A stretch of 64,000 bases of DNA from Chiloscyllium plagiosum (taxonomy: Eukaryota). The position numbers and the translations under genes are program-made. The notes under the pieces are model-generated. The model was not told the DNA's origin and did not search any database. It was given only the letters and a program-made list of their open reading frames with translations. Below are positions 1-12,689 of this stretch, in pieces. The stretch covers positions 43,958,569-44,022,568 of the forward strand of contig NC_057728.1 of NCBI RefSeq assembly GCF_004010195.1, in the 5' to 3' direction. How positions within the stretch are numbered: the first letter of the stretch is position 1; each line of letters opens with the position of its first letter.

Positions 1-114
1 TGAAAGATTTCAACTTATATATTAATTTAGACACTTTGAAACCAGTTTATTGTCATTCAGGTCATTCAGTGTGACATTGATATGTTGGTTAAAGCCTTTT
101 TTTGCTTTTTAAAA

Positions 115-585
115 TCCTTTATTGGGATGTAATATTGCTGGCAAGGCAAACAGTTGCCCATCTCTAATTGCCTTTCAGAAGGGAACCATTGCAACCATTC
201 TGGTTCGGATACACCCACAAAGCTGTTAATAAAGAATTTCAGGGATCTTGATCCAGTGAAAGTGAAGGAAATGTGGTCAGCATGGTTTGTGGCTTGAAGG
301 GGAACTTGCAAATAATAGTGTGCCCAGGCATGTGCTGCCCTGTTCCTCTAGGTGTTGAAGTTATGGGTTTGGAAGGTGCTGGAGAAGGAGCTTGATGCTG
401 TGCATTTTATGCTTACTATAGTATACACTAAAGCCACTGTGTGTTGTTGGTGGAGGGAGTGAATGTTTCATTTGGTGGATGGGATGCTGATTAAGCGCAT
501 TGCATTGTCTTTGATAGTATTGTGTTTCTTGAGCATTTTGTGGAGTTGCATTCATTCAGTCAAGTGTGCACTATTCTATTAAACT
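115..585 (-). mobile_element. Degraded LINE (CR1/L2 group) 3' end
   Basis: Similar to 28610-29400 (gcatttatt...cctagttgcc...gaaggtgg; gtggcttgaagg..acttgca). Boundaries approximate. Confidence 0.55.
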
Positions 586-3500
586 GCGGCCTTGTTCCTC
601 AGAGATATGTATTCCTTCAATTCCAGTTTATGGTGCAACCGTAATTTACTTTGTCCCAACAGCTGTCTGGATCAAAGTTCTGAAATCCCATGCTTAAACC
701 TCCTTACTTCTCTTACTTTAAGATGCTTTGTAAAACTTGCCTCTTTGACCAAGCATTTGTTCACCAGTGCTAATATCTTATGTGGCTCAATGTCAATGTT
801 TTCCATATAATACTTCAGTAAAGTGTTTTGGGGGTAATTTTACTTGTTAAATTTGCTGTATTAATACAGGTTGCATTGTCTTCCTAAGAAGTAACATACA
901 TATACTATGTCTGCTTTTTAGTTTTCTTTTAGTATGAGTTAGTTTGTTAATTCCTATCCTCAACAATGCACCCAATACAACATGTGAAACAGTGACCAAT
1001 CCTCAACCTTATAACAATGTTAATCTGGCAACTTGTCTATCTGAAATTGACAGCATCCTTGGAATCTTTAGTTCACTATTTTCATTCCTTCCCTAAGTCT
1101 AGCTTTCCATTTGCACACACAGCTGACTCAAATTTGTGCTTAATATTTGTTGAAATTAACCACGTACTGTAATATAATGTGCTACTTTGGTTTGGTTGAA
1201 AAACATTTGAAAAAATTTTGAATTTTAGTTCTGATTAGAAGAAGTTTAATAATGTGAAATAGAATACAGATTGTGGGATTGCTTTTAGAACTTATAGAGT
1301 TTGGATTTCTTTATGTAATATAGATAAGTCAACACTGTGGTGGTTTTAGTACCATTTAACTTTTGACTGTGAGAGATTATCATGTCTTCCTGAGATCTGC
1401 CGCTCTATCATTAACCCAATTTCACACACTCTTACCTTATATTTGACAAATTTGATTGTCAAAATCAATTTTTATTGAACTGAACTACAGCTTTATTCAA
1501 TCTGAGAAAACACCTAATCAGTTGCCAAAGAGGAAGTAAACATGGAAAGTTCCTGCTGTGAACAGTTGTGAGGGAAACTTTTTATGCTGCTGTTTGTCTT
1601 TTTTTTGAATGAGTAGGCTTTCATCACTCATGAGGATTAAAACAATATTCCATGGAACTCCATTAAGTGCCTTCTATAAAGCACGCAACATTTTGTTTCC
1701 CAGTAAAATGTTCTACCCCCACCACCGCCCCACAAAAAAATCCACTCCATGATATTATACTCATTTTGTGCTATACAGTTTTATAGCTGACATCCCAGAT
1801 GATTTGGTTACATTTACTTGTCGTATGGACTCAAGCACTTTCCGTGGACTCTAAAAAAAAGAAAGCTGAGAACTTTTTGTCAAGACTTTTCAATATATTT
1901 TATGAAAAAGAATTCAATATAAGGCAGTAATTTAATCTCAGAGGCCCTGCTGAGAATCAGGAACCCTCAAGCTTCACCCTTGCGGTTTATGATGTGATTA
2001 GAATGGCTTGATTGAATTACTGCCTTGTAACTGTGTTACGTGTAGTGAAGTAAAACCTGATATCACTGCAATACAAATCATGTAGTATAATGGAACTTTG
2101 GTTCAATTGTCACTGCTTTCCGTCTGAATGTTCCACAACTGTCTTCACTAATGCTATGTTTTCCTCACAAAATTTCATAATATCAAAAATAAGCGCCATA
2201 TACCATTAATGACAGTTAATCTGGCACAGAAGCAGATTTAGTATGTAGTCATGAGCAGGAATTATATGTAAGACTGTTTCCTTCTGCAATATGTGGTCAT
2301 AATAATTAGTCACATTCAACAAATGAACACTGTTTATTTTACCAAACTTTTAAACATTTTCTTCATCACTCATTTTGAGTATTTGTGCCCTTTACCTTTT
2401 CAATTTCTCCTTAATGTCTTCCTGCCTTGGGTGGCACAAAAAAGTAATCCGAACTATAAGTGGAATAGTCTTCAGGTATATAACATGAGTGTTCCACATT
2501 TTCATTTTGATACATGCTTTGGTCAGTGTTGCAGGATTGGCAGAAGGTCTAATGTGCTGTAATATAGGCGTTCGACCTTCTCAACTATCTTTTCCATCAA
2601 TTACTCTTTGAATTAAAAAATGTAGATGAACAGCTTGCATGAATGCTTTCATTTATTCATCATACAGTTCCCAAACATAAAACACTTTACATATGCACAT
2701 TTGCTCATTCTCAAGCCTGCATTCTGTTGATTTTGCTTCTAAAAATTGCTTTAAAATTAATTTAAATATGCATTTTTAGTGTATTAAAGCACTGAACAGG
2801 GAAAACTATGAACATAATCTTTTAAGTTTACACTAATAATCCCTATTTTGAATCTTGTTGGGCAAATTAAATGGGGATCCAATTACCAAACTGCAGCAAT
2901 ATAACCAAAAATGATTATTCACTATATAGTGTAATATACATTATATTGATAGTTGCTGTAATGTTCTCAGCTATTCTATACCGAAGCAATAGCAAATAAG
3001 TATTTGAAAGAAAGTATATTGTGCCAGCTGGCTGTCCCAAATATAGATATTCTATATATATTATTATTTATTTGCCTTGCTGTCTTACTTTCTTTCTATT
3101 ACTTTGATGTTGTCTTGAGAAAAGAGATACAAGATTTGACAGGAGTGACAGTTAAAGTTTTGATTGCTGGTATAATTGTAATATGCTTAAAATCCTGTCA
3201 TCATTTAATTTTCCATTGCAGAATTAAGTTACTATGGGCAGGGTTTTCAGCCACTGATGAGAGATGGTCATATAGGCAAAAAAAAAGGTTTTGCTGGCAA
3301 GCCAGTTTGCTAGCTCCATCGTTTACTCAGGACATTCTTCCAGAGATAGGATCAGTGGTTAAAAGACTGCAAATGGCCCAGCTCCATGTTTTAATTTGTA
3401 AGTTTAAGAAGTTGAAGATAAATACTTTCAAAATGAAGACTCTTCCTCTTTCTCTTTTACCTGGAACTGCAAGTTTGTTTTCATTCTGAACTGGAGGACC

Positions 3501-4047
3501 TCCTATTAGTTCAATCAGTTTTGCGAGCCCTTCTGCTGCCCTTAATTGGTGCAAGTGACTGTTTCCCACATGATGTGCGGTCATGGCCCCACTGTCAGGG
3601 TCACATCCAAAAAGGTAAGTTCCTGTCCAATAAGTCAGCTGGTTATTTGGGAAGGGTTAGCATTGATAATGTTTATATATGTTACAGTCTAAGGCATAAT
3701 ATTGCACAGTGCTAATTGTCCTGTCTCAGTTCCAGCTTGATGTATTAATAATACTATTTTAATATTATTGCTACAGATGTGAATGAAGCTAATATTTTAT
3801 TTATTAATGTAAGTTTTTTATATTTTTCCAAATGAAGCATAATGCTTCATATTTCAAGTATTCCTTTGTGTCCAGTATGGAGCACAATAAGAAAGGAATT
3901 ACATGAAAAGAAAACATGAAAATGTTATTCAGTTATGAATATACATTTGGATTGCAATTGACACTGCTTATCTCAAGGTATTATAAATTGCACTGTTGTT
4001 TTAAATTGTGATAATGAGCTTGAATGTTTTGTTTTGATTTCCTCCAG

Positions 4048-4677
4048 GTAATTGATATTGGATCAGGAAAAGGATATTTGAGTTCTTACTTGTCCATGCA
4101 GTATGGCTTGAATGTGTATGGCATAGATTCTTCTAGTACCAACACGAGTGGGGCAAATGAAAGGAACAGAAAATTAAAAAGATATTGGAAGGTTTACCAA
4201 CGTCAAACAAAGCGTCAGAACCAACGCAACTCTGCACCAAAAAATCTGGAAGAAGAGCCAACAAATAATATGGAGAGTTTTGAGGAAGCCAAGGAACAAA
4301 TTAGCATTGGTGGGGAGCAAGAGAATAGTCCACAAAATCAATCAAGCCATATACAAACTCCTGTTATGGATACTTCCTTAGATTTAGAGACCAGCGAGAG
4401 AAGTAACAATGTTGTATCTGCACATTTTGTGGGATCAATAGAAAATGAATTTGATGGCACTGACAATCTGTTTCTGGAATTTCTGTCAACTGATGCAGTG
4501 GAAATGAATTCACTGTCAAGGAAAAAAAGAGATCTTGATGATAAAGAGAAAGAGAGAAGGAAAACTGCAGGTTTGGATGCGAAAGCAAAACAAATCAAAG
4601 AAGCTAATCTCTACTCTCCATTAACACTGCATGTTACTTCTACAACTGAACTCCAAGACATCATTTCTGACATAAAG
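4048..4677 (+). CDS. METTL25: METTL25 coding exon (large exon with SAM-binding motif I), phase 0/0
   Basis: Acceptor ttttgatttcctccag, donor AAG|gttagc; 630 nt. Translates VIDIGSGKGYLSSYLSMQYGLNVYGIDSSSTNTSGANERNRKLKRYW...LYSPLTLHVTSTTELQDIISDIK, matching METTL25 as I recall it. Confidence 0.95.
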
Positions 4678-4989
4678 GTTAGCCTTCCTTAGTCAAACTG
4701 CAGTGTATAAATATAGAATGGGTGGCTGGTTTATTCAGCTGGCACAGACAAAATGAACTGAATGATCTTTTTCTGTGCCATAAAGTTTCTATGGTTCTAC
4801 TGTCTTAACTAATATCTTAAGATTGTGTGGGTGACAAATTGGGTTAACATACTCTTCATTCAACTTTGGAACCCAGTTTAAATTCAGCCTACAATGACGA
4901 CTTAAAGGCAACTTTTTCAAATAGCTGCCACTCAAAAGCAACCACCTAACCATTCTAAACCCAATTTTTAGCACTTATCCAATAACCTA

Positions 4990-7890
4990 GTATGTCCTGG
5001 CATCACAACTGTATATCTAAATATTCCTTAAATGTTATGAGGATTTCAGCCTCGACCAGCCTTACAGGCAGTGAGTTTCAGATTCCTACCACCCCATGGA
5101 TGACAAAGGTTTCCTCACACCCTATCGAAATCTTCTGTCCCTTAAATCTATGTTCACTGGTGTTGATCTCTCCACCAGGAGAAACCTTTGTTCTTGGCTA
5201 TATCCTTCATAATTTTATACATCTCAATCATGCTTCCCTTAGTCTCCTCTACTCTAAGGAAAACAACCCCTATCTATCCAGCTATCCAATTTATCTTCAT
5301 AACTAAAACTCTCCAGTCTGGATAACATCCTAGTAAATCTCCTCTTGCACCCTCTCTGGTGTATTCACATTCCTCCAGTAATGTGGATTCCAGAACTGCA
5401 CATAATATTCTTGGTGTGGACAAACCAAGTGGGCGGCACGGTGGCACAGTGGTTAGCACTGCTGCCTCACAGTGCCAGAGACCCGGGTTCAATTCCCGCC
5501 TCAGGTGACTGACTGTGTGGAGTTTGCACGTTCTCCCCGTGTCTGCGTGGGTTTCCTCCGGGTGCTCAGGTTTCCTCCCATAGTCCAAAGATGTGCAGGT
5601 TAGGTGAATTGGCCATGCTAAATTGCCCGTAGTGTTAGGTAAGGGGTAAATGTAGGGGTATGGGTGGATTGTGGTTCGGCTGGTCGGTGTGGACTTGTTG
5701 GGCCGAAGGGCCTGTTTCCACACTGTAATGTAATCTAATCTAATCTGTAATCTAATCTAAACCAAAATCTTATACAGTTCTAACATAACCTCCCTTCTGT
5801 TAAACTCTTTGCCTCTCTAATAAAGTCAAGTATCTCATATGCCTTCTTAACCACTTTATCTATCTGTTCTGATCCCTTAAGGCACCAGTCGACCCTATGA
5901 TCCTTTGTGTTGCCCAGGTCCTACTGATCATCATATATTCCATTGTCCTGTTTGACCTACCAAATGCATCATCAGACATTTATCCAAAATGAATTCCATT
6001 TGCCACTGATAAGCCTATCTGACTAGTTCGCCTATATCCTCCTGTCATCTAAGACTATCCTCCATCCCAATTTTTGTGTTATCTGCAAACTTATTGATTA
6101 GTCCTTCTGCTTCAAATTCAAATTGCTTATATATGCCACAAACAGCAAGAACTCCAAAACTGATCTCTGTAATCCCCACTGGACACAGTCAAAAAAACAT
6201 CCTCGACCATCACTCTCTGCTTTCTGCTATTCACCCCATTCTGTATCCAATTAGCAAAATTTCCTTGGAACTCTTGGACTTTCGCTGTTAGTCTCCCATG
6301 CGGGGTTTTATCAAAAGCCTTGCTGAAGTCCAAGTCGACTTTATTGAGTGCACTGACCTCACTTACACTCCTGGTTACCTCTGAAAAAGTCAATCAGTTG
6401 GTCAGACATGACCTCCCCATACTGATTGTTCTTGATCAATCCCTGCCTCTCTAACTGCAGATTAATTCTGTCCTTCAGAATAATTATTCCTTCCATTAGT
6501 TTCCCATTGAGGTTAGACTGGCTACCCTACAGTTTCCTGATTTATCTCTTGCTCCCATTTTGAAAAAGAGTAACACATTGTCTGTCTTCCAGTCGTCTGG
6601 CACCTCTCATGGGCCAAACAGGAATTGAAAATTATTGTCAGGACCCCTACTATTTTCTCCCTTGCCTCACTTAACAGCCTGAGACACATTTCATCTGGCC
6701 TTGGAGATTTATCTACTTATAAGCCTGCCAGACCACTCAGAGCAACCTCTCTGTCTATGTTAATTTCTTTAAAATTATCACAGTCCTTTTCCCTGATTTC
6801 TGTACCCAAATCGTCTCTCTCACTAGTGAACACCAACACATAGTATTAATTTAGAACCTCACCAACATCCTCTGGCTCCATGAACAAATTGACACTGTAA
6901 TCCTTAATGTGCCTTACGTTTTCCATATGTATCCTTCATTTAGTTTTCCTACTATTATTCTTTTATGCTTCCTTTTTGTTCTCTTAGTTTCCTTTTTAAG
7001 TTTCCCCTTGCACATTCTGATCTTTTGCTGGGTTTCTGCTATTTTGAGCCCTTGGTATCTGCCATAAGCCTCCTTTTTTCTCTTTATCCATTCCTCTATA
7101 TCCCTTGCTATCCAGGGTTCACAGGATTTATCAGTTCTATCTCTTGTCTTTATTGGAACATATCGGCCCTGTACTCTCTCTATTTCCTTCTTGAAATCGT
7201 CCCACTAATCTGACACAGATTTACCTCAAAGTATCTGCTCCCAAATCGTACCTGATCTTATTAAAATTAATCTTCCTCCTCACCTCAATTTAGAACTTTG
7301 ATTTCAGGTCTATCCTTGTCCTTTTCATAATATTGATTCTCATGGGAGTTACTATCACTGTCTGTAAATGCATTCTGCATTGATACTTCAACCACTTGCC
7401 CAGCTTTACTACATAAAATTAAATCCAGGACTGCCCCCTCTCTTGTAGGGCCTTAGACAGACTGGCTTGAAAAGCTTTCCTGGATGCATATTAAGAATTC
7501 CGCTTTCTATAAACCTTTCACGTTATCTCAGTTAATGTAGGGGAAGTTGAAATCCCCTACTATCAGTACCCTATTCCTTTTACACTTCTCTAAAATCTGC
7601 CTACGTCTTCTGCTTTTCTATTGTTCTTGAACTGTTAGGGGCCCTATTGTACTCTCCCAGCAATGTGATTGCTCATCTTTGGTTTGTAAATTCTACACAG
7701 CTTTGTTTGAGAAATGTCATCCCTCCTTACTGCTGCAATTGATGCCCTGATCAATACTGAGACACAACCTCCTCTTCTATCTCCTTCCCTTTCTGACCTG
7801 AAGACCCTATATCCTAAAATATCGAGCTGCCAGTTCTGCTTCTCTCTCAGTTATGTCGTCCCCGTGTTTTAATTTGTGCCCTCAACTCAT
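4990..7890 (-). mobile_element. Degraded CR1-type LINE (RT and endonuclease remnants), interrupted by a SINE
   Basis: Minus-strand peptides such as DLDFSKAFDKTPHGRL; CR1-like 3' region near 5000-5400; many stops. Probably continues at about 8840-9390. Confidence 0.8.
5431..5758 (+). mobile_element. tRNA-derived V-SINE (HE1-like shark SINE)
   Basis: A box tggcacagtgg, B box ggttcaattcc, V-domain gtgtggagtttgcacgttctccccgtgtctgcgtgggtttcctcc, (TAATC)n tail. Flanked by aaaccaa at 5422-5428 and 5759-5765. Confidence 0.9.
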
Positions 7891-7894
7891 CTGC

Positions 7895-8830
7895 AATGGT
7901 ATGGTGAGTAAGTTTGTAGGTGACTTCAAAATTGGACGTGTAGTGGACAGTAGAGAATGTAAACTCAGAGTAGAATGGGATCTTGACCAGATGGATCCAA
8001 TTGGCTGAAGATTGACAGGTGCAGTTTAATTTAGGTAAATGTGAGGTGCTGCATTTTGGAAAGACAAATCAGGGCAGGGCTTATATACTGAATGGTAAGA
8101 TCCTGGGATGTGTTGCTGAACAAAGAGACCTTGGAGTACACATTTATAGTTCCTTGAAGGTGAAGTCACAGGTAGATAGGATAGTGAAGTAAAGTGCTTG
8201 CCTTTATTGGTCAGTGCATCGAGTATAGGAGTAGAGAGGTCATGTTGCGGCTGGACAGGACATTGGTTTGGCCACTTTTAGAATACTGTGTGTACTTCTG
8301 GTCTCCCTGCTATAGGAAAGATGTTGTGAAACTTGAAAGGGTTCAGAAAAGAATTTACAAGGATGTTGCCAGAGTTGGAAGATTTGAGCTATATGGAGAG
8401 GCTGAATAGGTTGGTACTATTTTCCCTGGAGTGTTAGAGGCTGAGGGGTGACCTTATAGAGGTTTATACAATCATGAGGGGCATGGATGGGGTAAATAGA
8501 CAAGGTTTTTTTTCCCTGGGATGGGGGAGTCCAGAACTAGAGGGCATATGTTTAGGGTGAGAGGGGAAAGATATAAAAGGGACCTAAGGGGCAACTTTTT
8601 TATGCAGAGGGTGGTGCGTTTATGGAATGAGCTGCCAGAGAAAGTGATGGAGGCTGGTACAATTACAACATTTAAAAGGCATCTGAATGGGTATATGAAT
8701 AGGAAGGGTTTGGAGGGATATGGGACAAGTGCTGGCAAATGGGACTAGATTTATTTAGGATATCTGGTTGGCATGGGTGAGTTGGACCAAAGGGTCTGTT
8801 TCTGTGCTGTACATCTCTATGACTCTATGA
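7895..8830 (+). mobile_element. 5'-truncated CR1 LINE 3' end
   Basis: Peptides LEYCVYFWSPCYRKDVVKLERVQKR and RGNFFMQRVVRLWNELP; tail ctctatgactctatga. Confidence 0.9.
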
Positions 8831-9858
8831 CATTGTTCATCAAACTCTTTGCATTAAAATGAATACCATCTAACCTTGCCAAATGTCTTTATGCTTTAAC
8901 TGGCGGATAATCTCTATGCCTTCTTGACTCCTTGCCCTCTGTTCTAATTTTGGCTTTTATCTTCCCCTGCTGATCCTTCTCTCTGGATCCTATTCCCCTG
9001 CCAATTTAGTTTAAACTTTCCCCAACAAAAACCTCCCTGCAAGGATACTGGTCCCATTTCAATTTAGGTGCAAGCCATCCACCTAGTACAGGTATTATTT
9101 CCTCCCAAAAGTAGTCCCAATGTCTCAGAAATCTAAAGCCCTCCTCATGTCTCCAGCCACACATTTACCTGTACTAATCTATTTGTTTACTCAATGGCAC
9201 ATGGCACTGGAAAAGTCCAAAAATAACTACCTTTTGGTTCCTGTTCTTTAACCTACTTCATTTTTCCTAAACTTCTGCTGGCAAGGCCTCCTCTCTTTTT
9301 CTACCTATCTATTGGTACCAAAATGTACCATGATCTCTGTCTGCTCGCCCCTCCCCTCCTTCAGAATGTCCTGCAGTCATTCATTGACAAGTTGAATTAC
9401 GATTACTAAATGTGATACATGTATAGCCATGCAAAACACTGCCCTTAGCCAACATAATGCCGTTTGCATTAGGTTATTAGTGAATCTATATGTTAGTTTC
9501 CGTGGAATATAAAAATATATAATCAGCTATAATTAGAAGATGGTTTTCCAAGGTTTGGAGTCTGGGATTGAAACATCTTGTTGGTTGTGGAAAGTCAACA
9601 AGGCCTTCCTTCAGGTTTGCTATCTCTTATTTGCAAATGCAATATAGGAATGCCCTATAATAATTGTAGAAAATACGATTTATTTTCTTTGATGCTGTCA
9701 TCTCTCAAATTGATGAACTCCACAATTTCCTAACTGGACATGTGTTGGATTCAATTTTCTAAGTCTTCAAAGCATTTAAATTACATTTGTTAGTTACACA
9801 TATTACTAATCTCACAAAATGGGCTATTTATGCATCTTGAAGTGACTGCCACAAGGTC

Positions 9859-10069
9859 AATCTCAGTTTTCATTAAATGAACTACTAAAATTATTTCAAA
9901 ACTAATATAATTTGTTCGGATGCTCTTCAAAGTTGTAAAAAAAAATGTCAAGCGACTGCCACAAGGTGGCAGATGCTTGACTTTTTTATAACTTTAAAGA
10001 GCATCTGAACAAATTATGTTAAATAGTTTTGAACTAATTTTAACAGTTCATTTAATAAATATTGAGATT
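9859..10069. repeat. Imperfect AT-rich fold-back palindrome (arms about 100 bp)
   Basis: aatctcag...attaaatgaact...ttcaaaacta...ataatttgttcggatgctctt...gtcaagc..ctgcca pairs with tggcag..gcttgac...aagagcatctgaacaaattat...tagttttgaa...agttcatttaat...tgagatt. Confidence 0.85.
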
Positions 10070-10649
10070 CTTCATAGCTACAACACAAAGAGAAGATTTA
10101 GTCAAATTTTAGTTTCTGAATTATTGCCAGATTAGAATAAACAGTACATAGCATTACCTACATTCACTCATTGTAAAATGTGGTTGTTATCTAGGTCAAA
10201 CCTTGTCAAAAGACTGCGTTTGCTCAAGGGTAAATACATTATGCAGGTAGTACTAAACTGTATAGACCCAGGGAATTTCTGGATTAGCAGCCCATTATGT
10301 TCTTCCTCACCTGGAGGAAAGGAAACAGGCAAAGTTGCAATAAAGGAGTACACTGATAAGTACAAATAAGTGAGATTTTGGCCCATGTAACTTATCCTAT
10401 ACTCTTTCCATGGCACGATCTTAACTGCCTGTTAAATGAGAGTATTTGCCTACTGGAAATTGCACTTGCTCGAAATTGACCATGTGAAATTAAATATTTG
10501 GGAGGACAACACTTGTAACAAACAAGAGATTTGCTAAATTAAAAATATTACTTTATCTAATATACAAAATAATCAATATTTAGAAGCCTCCTCCCAGCCA
10601 ATATTGTTTTGTTCAATTTGTCATGTAGATGAAACTGCTTACTTTACAG

Positions 10650-10803
10650 GACTCTATGCTGGTCGGTCTGCACACTTGTGGTGATCTTGCCTCGGATATT
10701 TTGCGCATTTTCGTTACTAAACAGGAGCTTAAAGTTGTTTGCAGTGTGGGCTGTTGCTACCATCTTCTCTCAGAAGAGTTTGAATTGTCAGATGACAGCA
10801 AAG
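10650..10803 (+). CDS. METTL25: METTL25 coding exon, phase 0/1
   Basis: tttacag|GAC...AAA G|gtaata. Translates DSMLVGLHTCGDLASDILRIF...CSVGCCYHLLSEEF, with the GLHxCGDL and GCCYH motifs of the METTL25/RRNAD1 family. Confidence 0.96.
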
Positions 10804-10872
10804 GTAATAAATACCATGTATACTAAATGAAACAAGAAACCTTATGGTATTAGCAAACTAAAAGATGAATTT

Positions 10873-11002
10873 AAACCAAAAGAATTGCAGGTGCTGTAAA
10901 TCAGTTCCGAGGAAGGGTTACTGGACCCGAAACGTTAACTCTGATTTCTGTCCACTAACGCTGCTAGGCCTGCTGAACATTTCCAGCAATTTCTGATTTT
11001 GT
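10873..11002 (+). mobile_element. Short PLE pseudo-LTR fragment (older family) with hammerhead-like motif at 10903-10940
   Basis: AGTT-CCGAGGA-A-GGGT-tactgg-ACCC-GAAA-CGTT-AACT followed by ctg...gctgctaggcctgctga...tccagcaatttctg. The core has CCGA instead of CTGA. Confidence 0.65.
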
Positions 11003-11324
11003 AAAAGATTAATTTTATGTTTTAAAAGTTTTTAAACAAAATGAAGTGACAGGCATTTGCCTTTTGCTGAGGTATGGGGTCATGGAAGTGTATATACCCA
11101 AGGATTGGAATTTAGACTAGCAGCCAAATAGATGATATTGTTAGGGTGTTTGCATAAAACAAGAACCAGTTAAGAAGTTTCAATTGACACGTATGGACAC
11201 CAGAGTTTGGAAGGCTAATAAGATTCATAGGGGAGAAAGTGAGGTCTGCAGATGCTGGAGATCAAAGTTGAAACTTTATTGCTGGAACAGCACAGCAGGT
11301 CAGACAGCATCCAGGGAACAGGAG

Positions 11325-11360
11325 ATTCGACGTTTCGGGCACAGGCCCTTCTTCAGGAAT
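11325..11360 (-). ncRNA. Minimal type I hammerhead ribozyme motif (mirror copy)
   Basis: Reverse complement reads ATTC CTGAAGA A GGGC-ctgt-GCCC GAAA CGTC GAAT. Confidence 0.75.
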
Positions 11361-11398
11361 GATTCCTGAAGAAGGGCCTGTGCCCGAAACGTCGAATC
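11361..11398 (+). ncRNA. Minimal type I hammerhead ribozyme motif
   Basis: GATTC (stem I) CTGAAGA A GGGC-ctgt-GCCC (stem II) GAAA CGTC (palindromic ACGT helix III, GUC site) GAATC (stem I'). Confidence 0.8.
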
Positions 11399-12689
11399 TC
11401 CTGTTCCCTGGATGCTGTCTGACCTGCTGTGCTGTTCCAGCAATAAAGTTTCAACTAATAAGATTCATATTCAAGGGTTGAGTTTGACCGGCACAAAGGC
11501 GTGGATAAGGGTTAGACGGCAAATGGATAAGGCAAGTAGTGGGATGGACATTGATACATATTTAAAAGTAGTTGACCAGATAATGGAGACAAAATAGTGC
11601 TATGTTCTAAACACGGGGTAGATTTAGATGCTGAAATTCTTAGTAGTTTGATTCAGTCTGAGATAGGGACAATGGAGAGAAGTAGAATAGAAGGAGAGGC
11701 CAAAATCATTGAAATGTTGATAGAGGTTGAAGTGGAGATTGAAGTCAGTGACTCCAGTTTCTGGATATTTAGCTAAAGGAAATATAAATTCATCCAATTC
11801 GAGGCTGACATCACATGCAAGAAGAATTAGAACTGGATGTTATTGATATTTTTGGATAAATTAAATTTCCCACATGCTGGTAAACCAACTTCAACCTCTT
11901 TGACTCTTGATGGCAGTTGTTACTTCAAATTAACATACCCAGTTACAACACACAGCTTAGTTTGGAGATGAGAAACCTTGATACTCAGTTTATTGCTTTA
12001 GCTGACCTTCTTCCTCATCCAACTGATTGTCAGTGTAATTCCTCATACATTCAAGATTATTCAGTAAAAGCTGGCATCTGCAGAATCACATCAAAGGTTA
12101 CACAGTGCACTGCAAGTCTTGCAAACATGGGTATGGTCAGTACCTCGCTTATTGTGGACAGCTGAAGGGACATGTTATTTGTGATGATTTGCAGTCATTG
12201 GAACTTGTATTCTATATCACACCAGCACCAAGATTCACTTTCTTTTTTTCTCTAAAATATTGATTACCAATATTGTCCTCCACGACTCCAAAAATTTTAT
12301 CTTTACTCATCAAGATGCTTTCCTTTTCCAATTTTGCCTTGCTGACAATGACTCTCATTAGCATACAGCTTACCCAGAAGGCAGCAGGCCATGTCACCCC
12401 CTTCGTAAACACTTACACATCCATGTAAAGATTTGTTGTTCCCTACTTATTCACATCTGAAAGGACCAGGTATGGTCATTCAATATTACATTTTAGTTAT
12501 GATTTTAAAATTCTTACTCTTGTTTTCATAGCCTGCATAAAACTTGGTTACTCAGCCTCAGTAAACCTTCCAACCATCATCTCTGCACACAGTTATTACT
12601 TGATTAGTGCTTGTCCTTCACTTCCACCATGTACTGTAAATACTATTCTGAAACCTCCTAAAAGTTTACTTCTTTACTCAGCCTCAATT

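Larger units (their letters stand above)
11230..11456. mobile_element. Young non-autonomous PLE-derived palindromic insertion
   Basis: Perfect 95-bp inverted arms (11266-11360 / 11362-11456), 36-nt tail (11230-11265), and the duplication ctaataagattcata at 11215-11229 and 11455-11469. Similar to the 3' terminus of the RT/GIY-YIG element at 33760-33890. Confidence 0.9.

Noticed and set aside
3004..3489. 161-aa ORF as a separate gene
   Set aside because: Non-ATG start, hydrophobic low-information composition typical of AT-rich intron, and no recognisable motif.
5431..5505. tRNA gene
   Set aside because: The A/B boxes continue directly into the V-domain and tail, so this is a SINE head. The same applies at 17007 and 36651.
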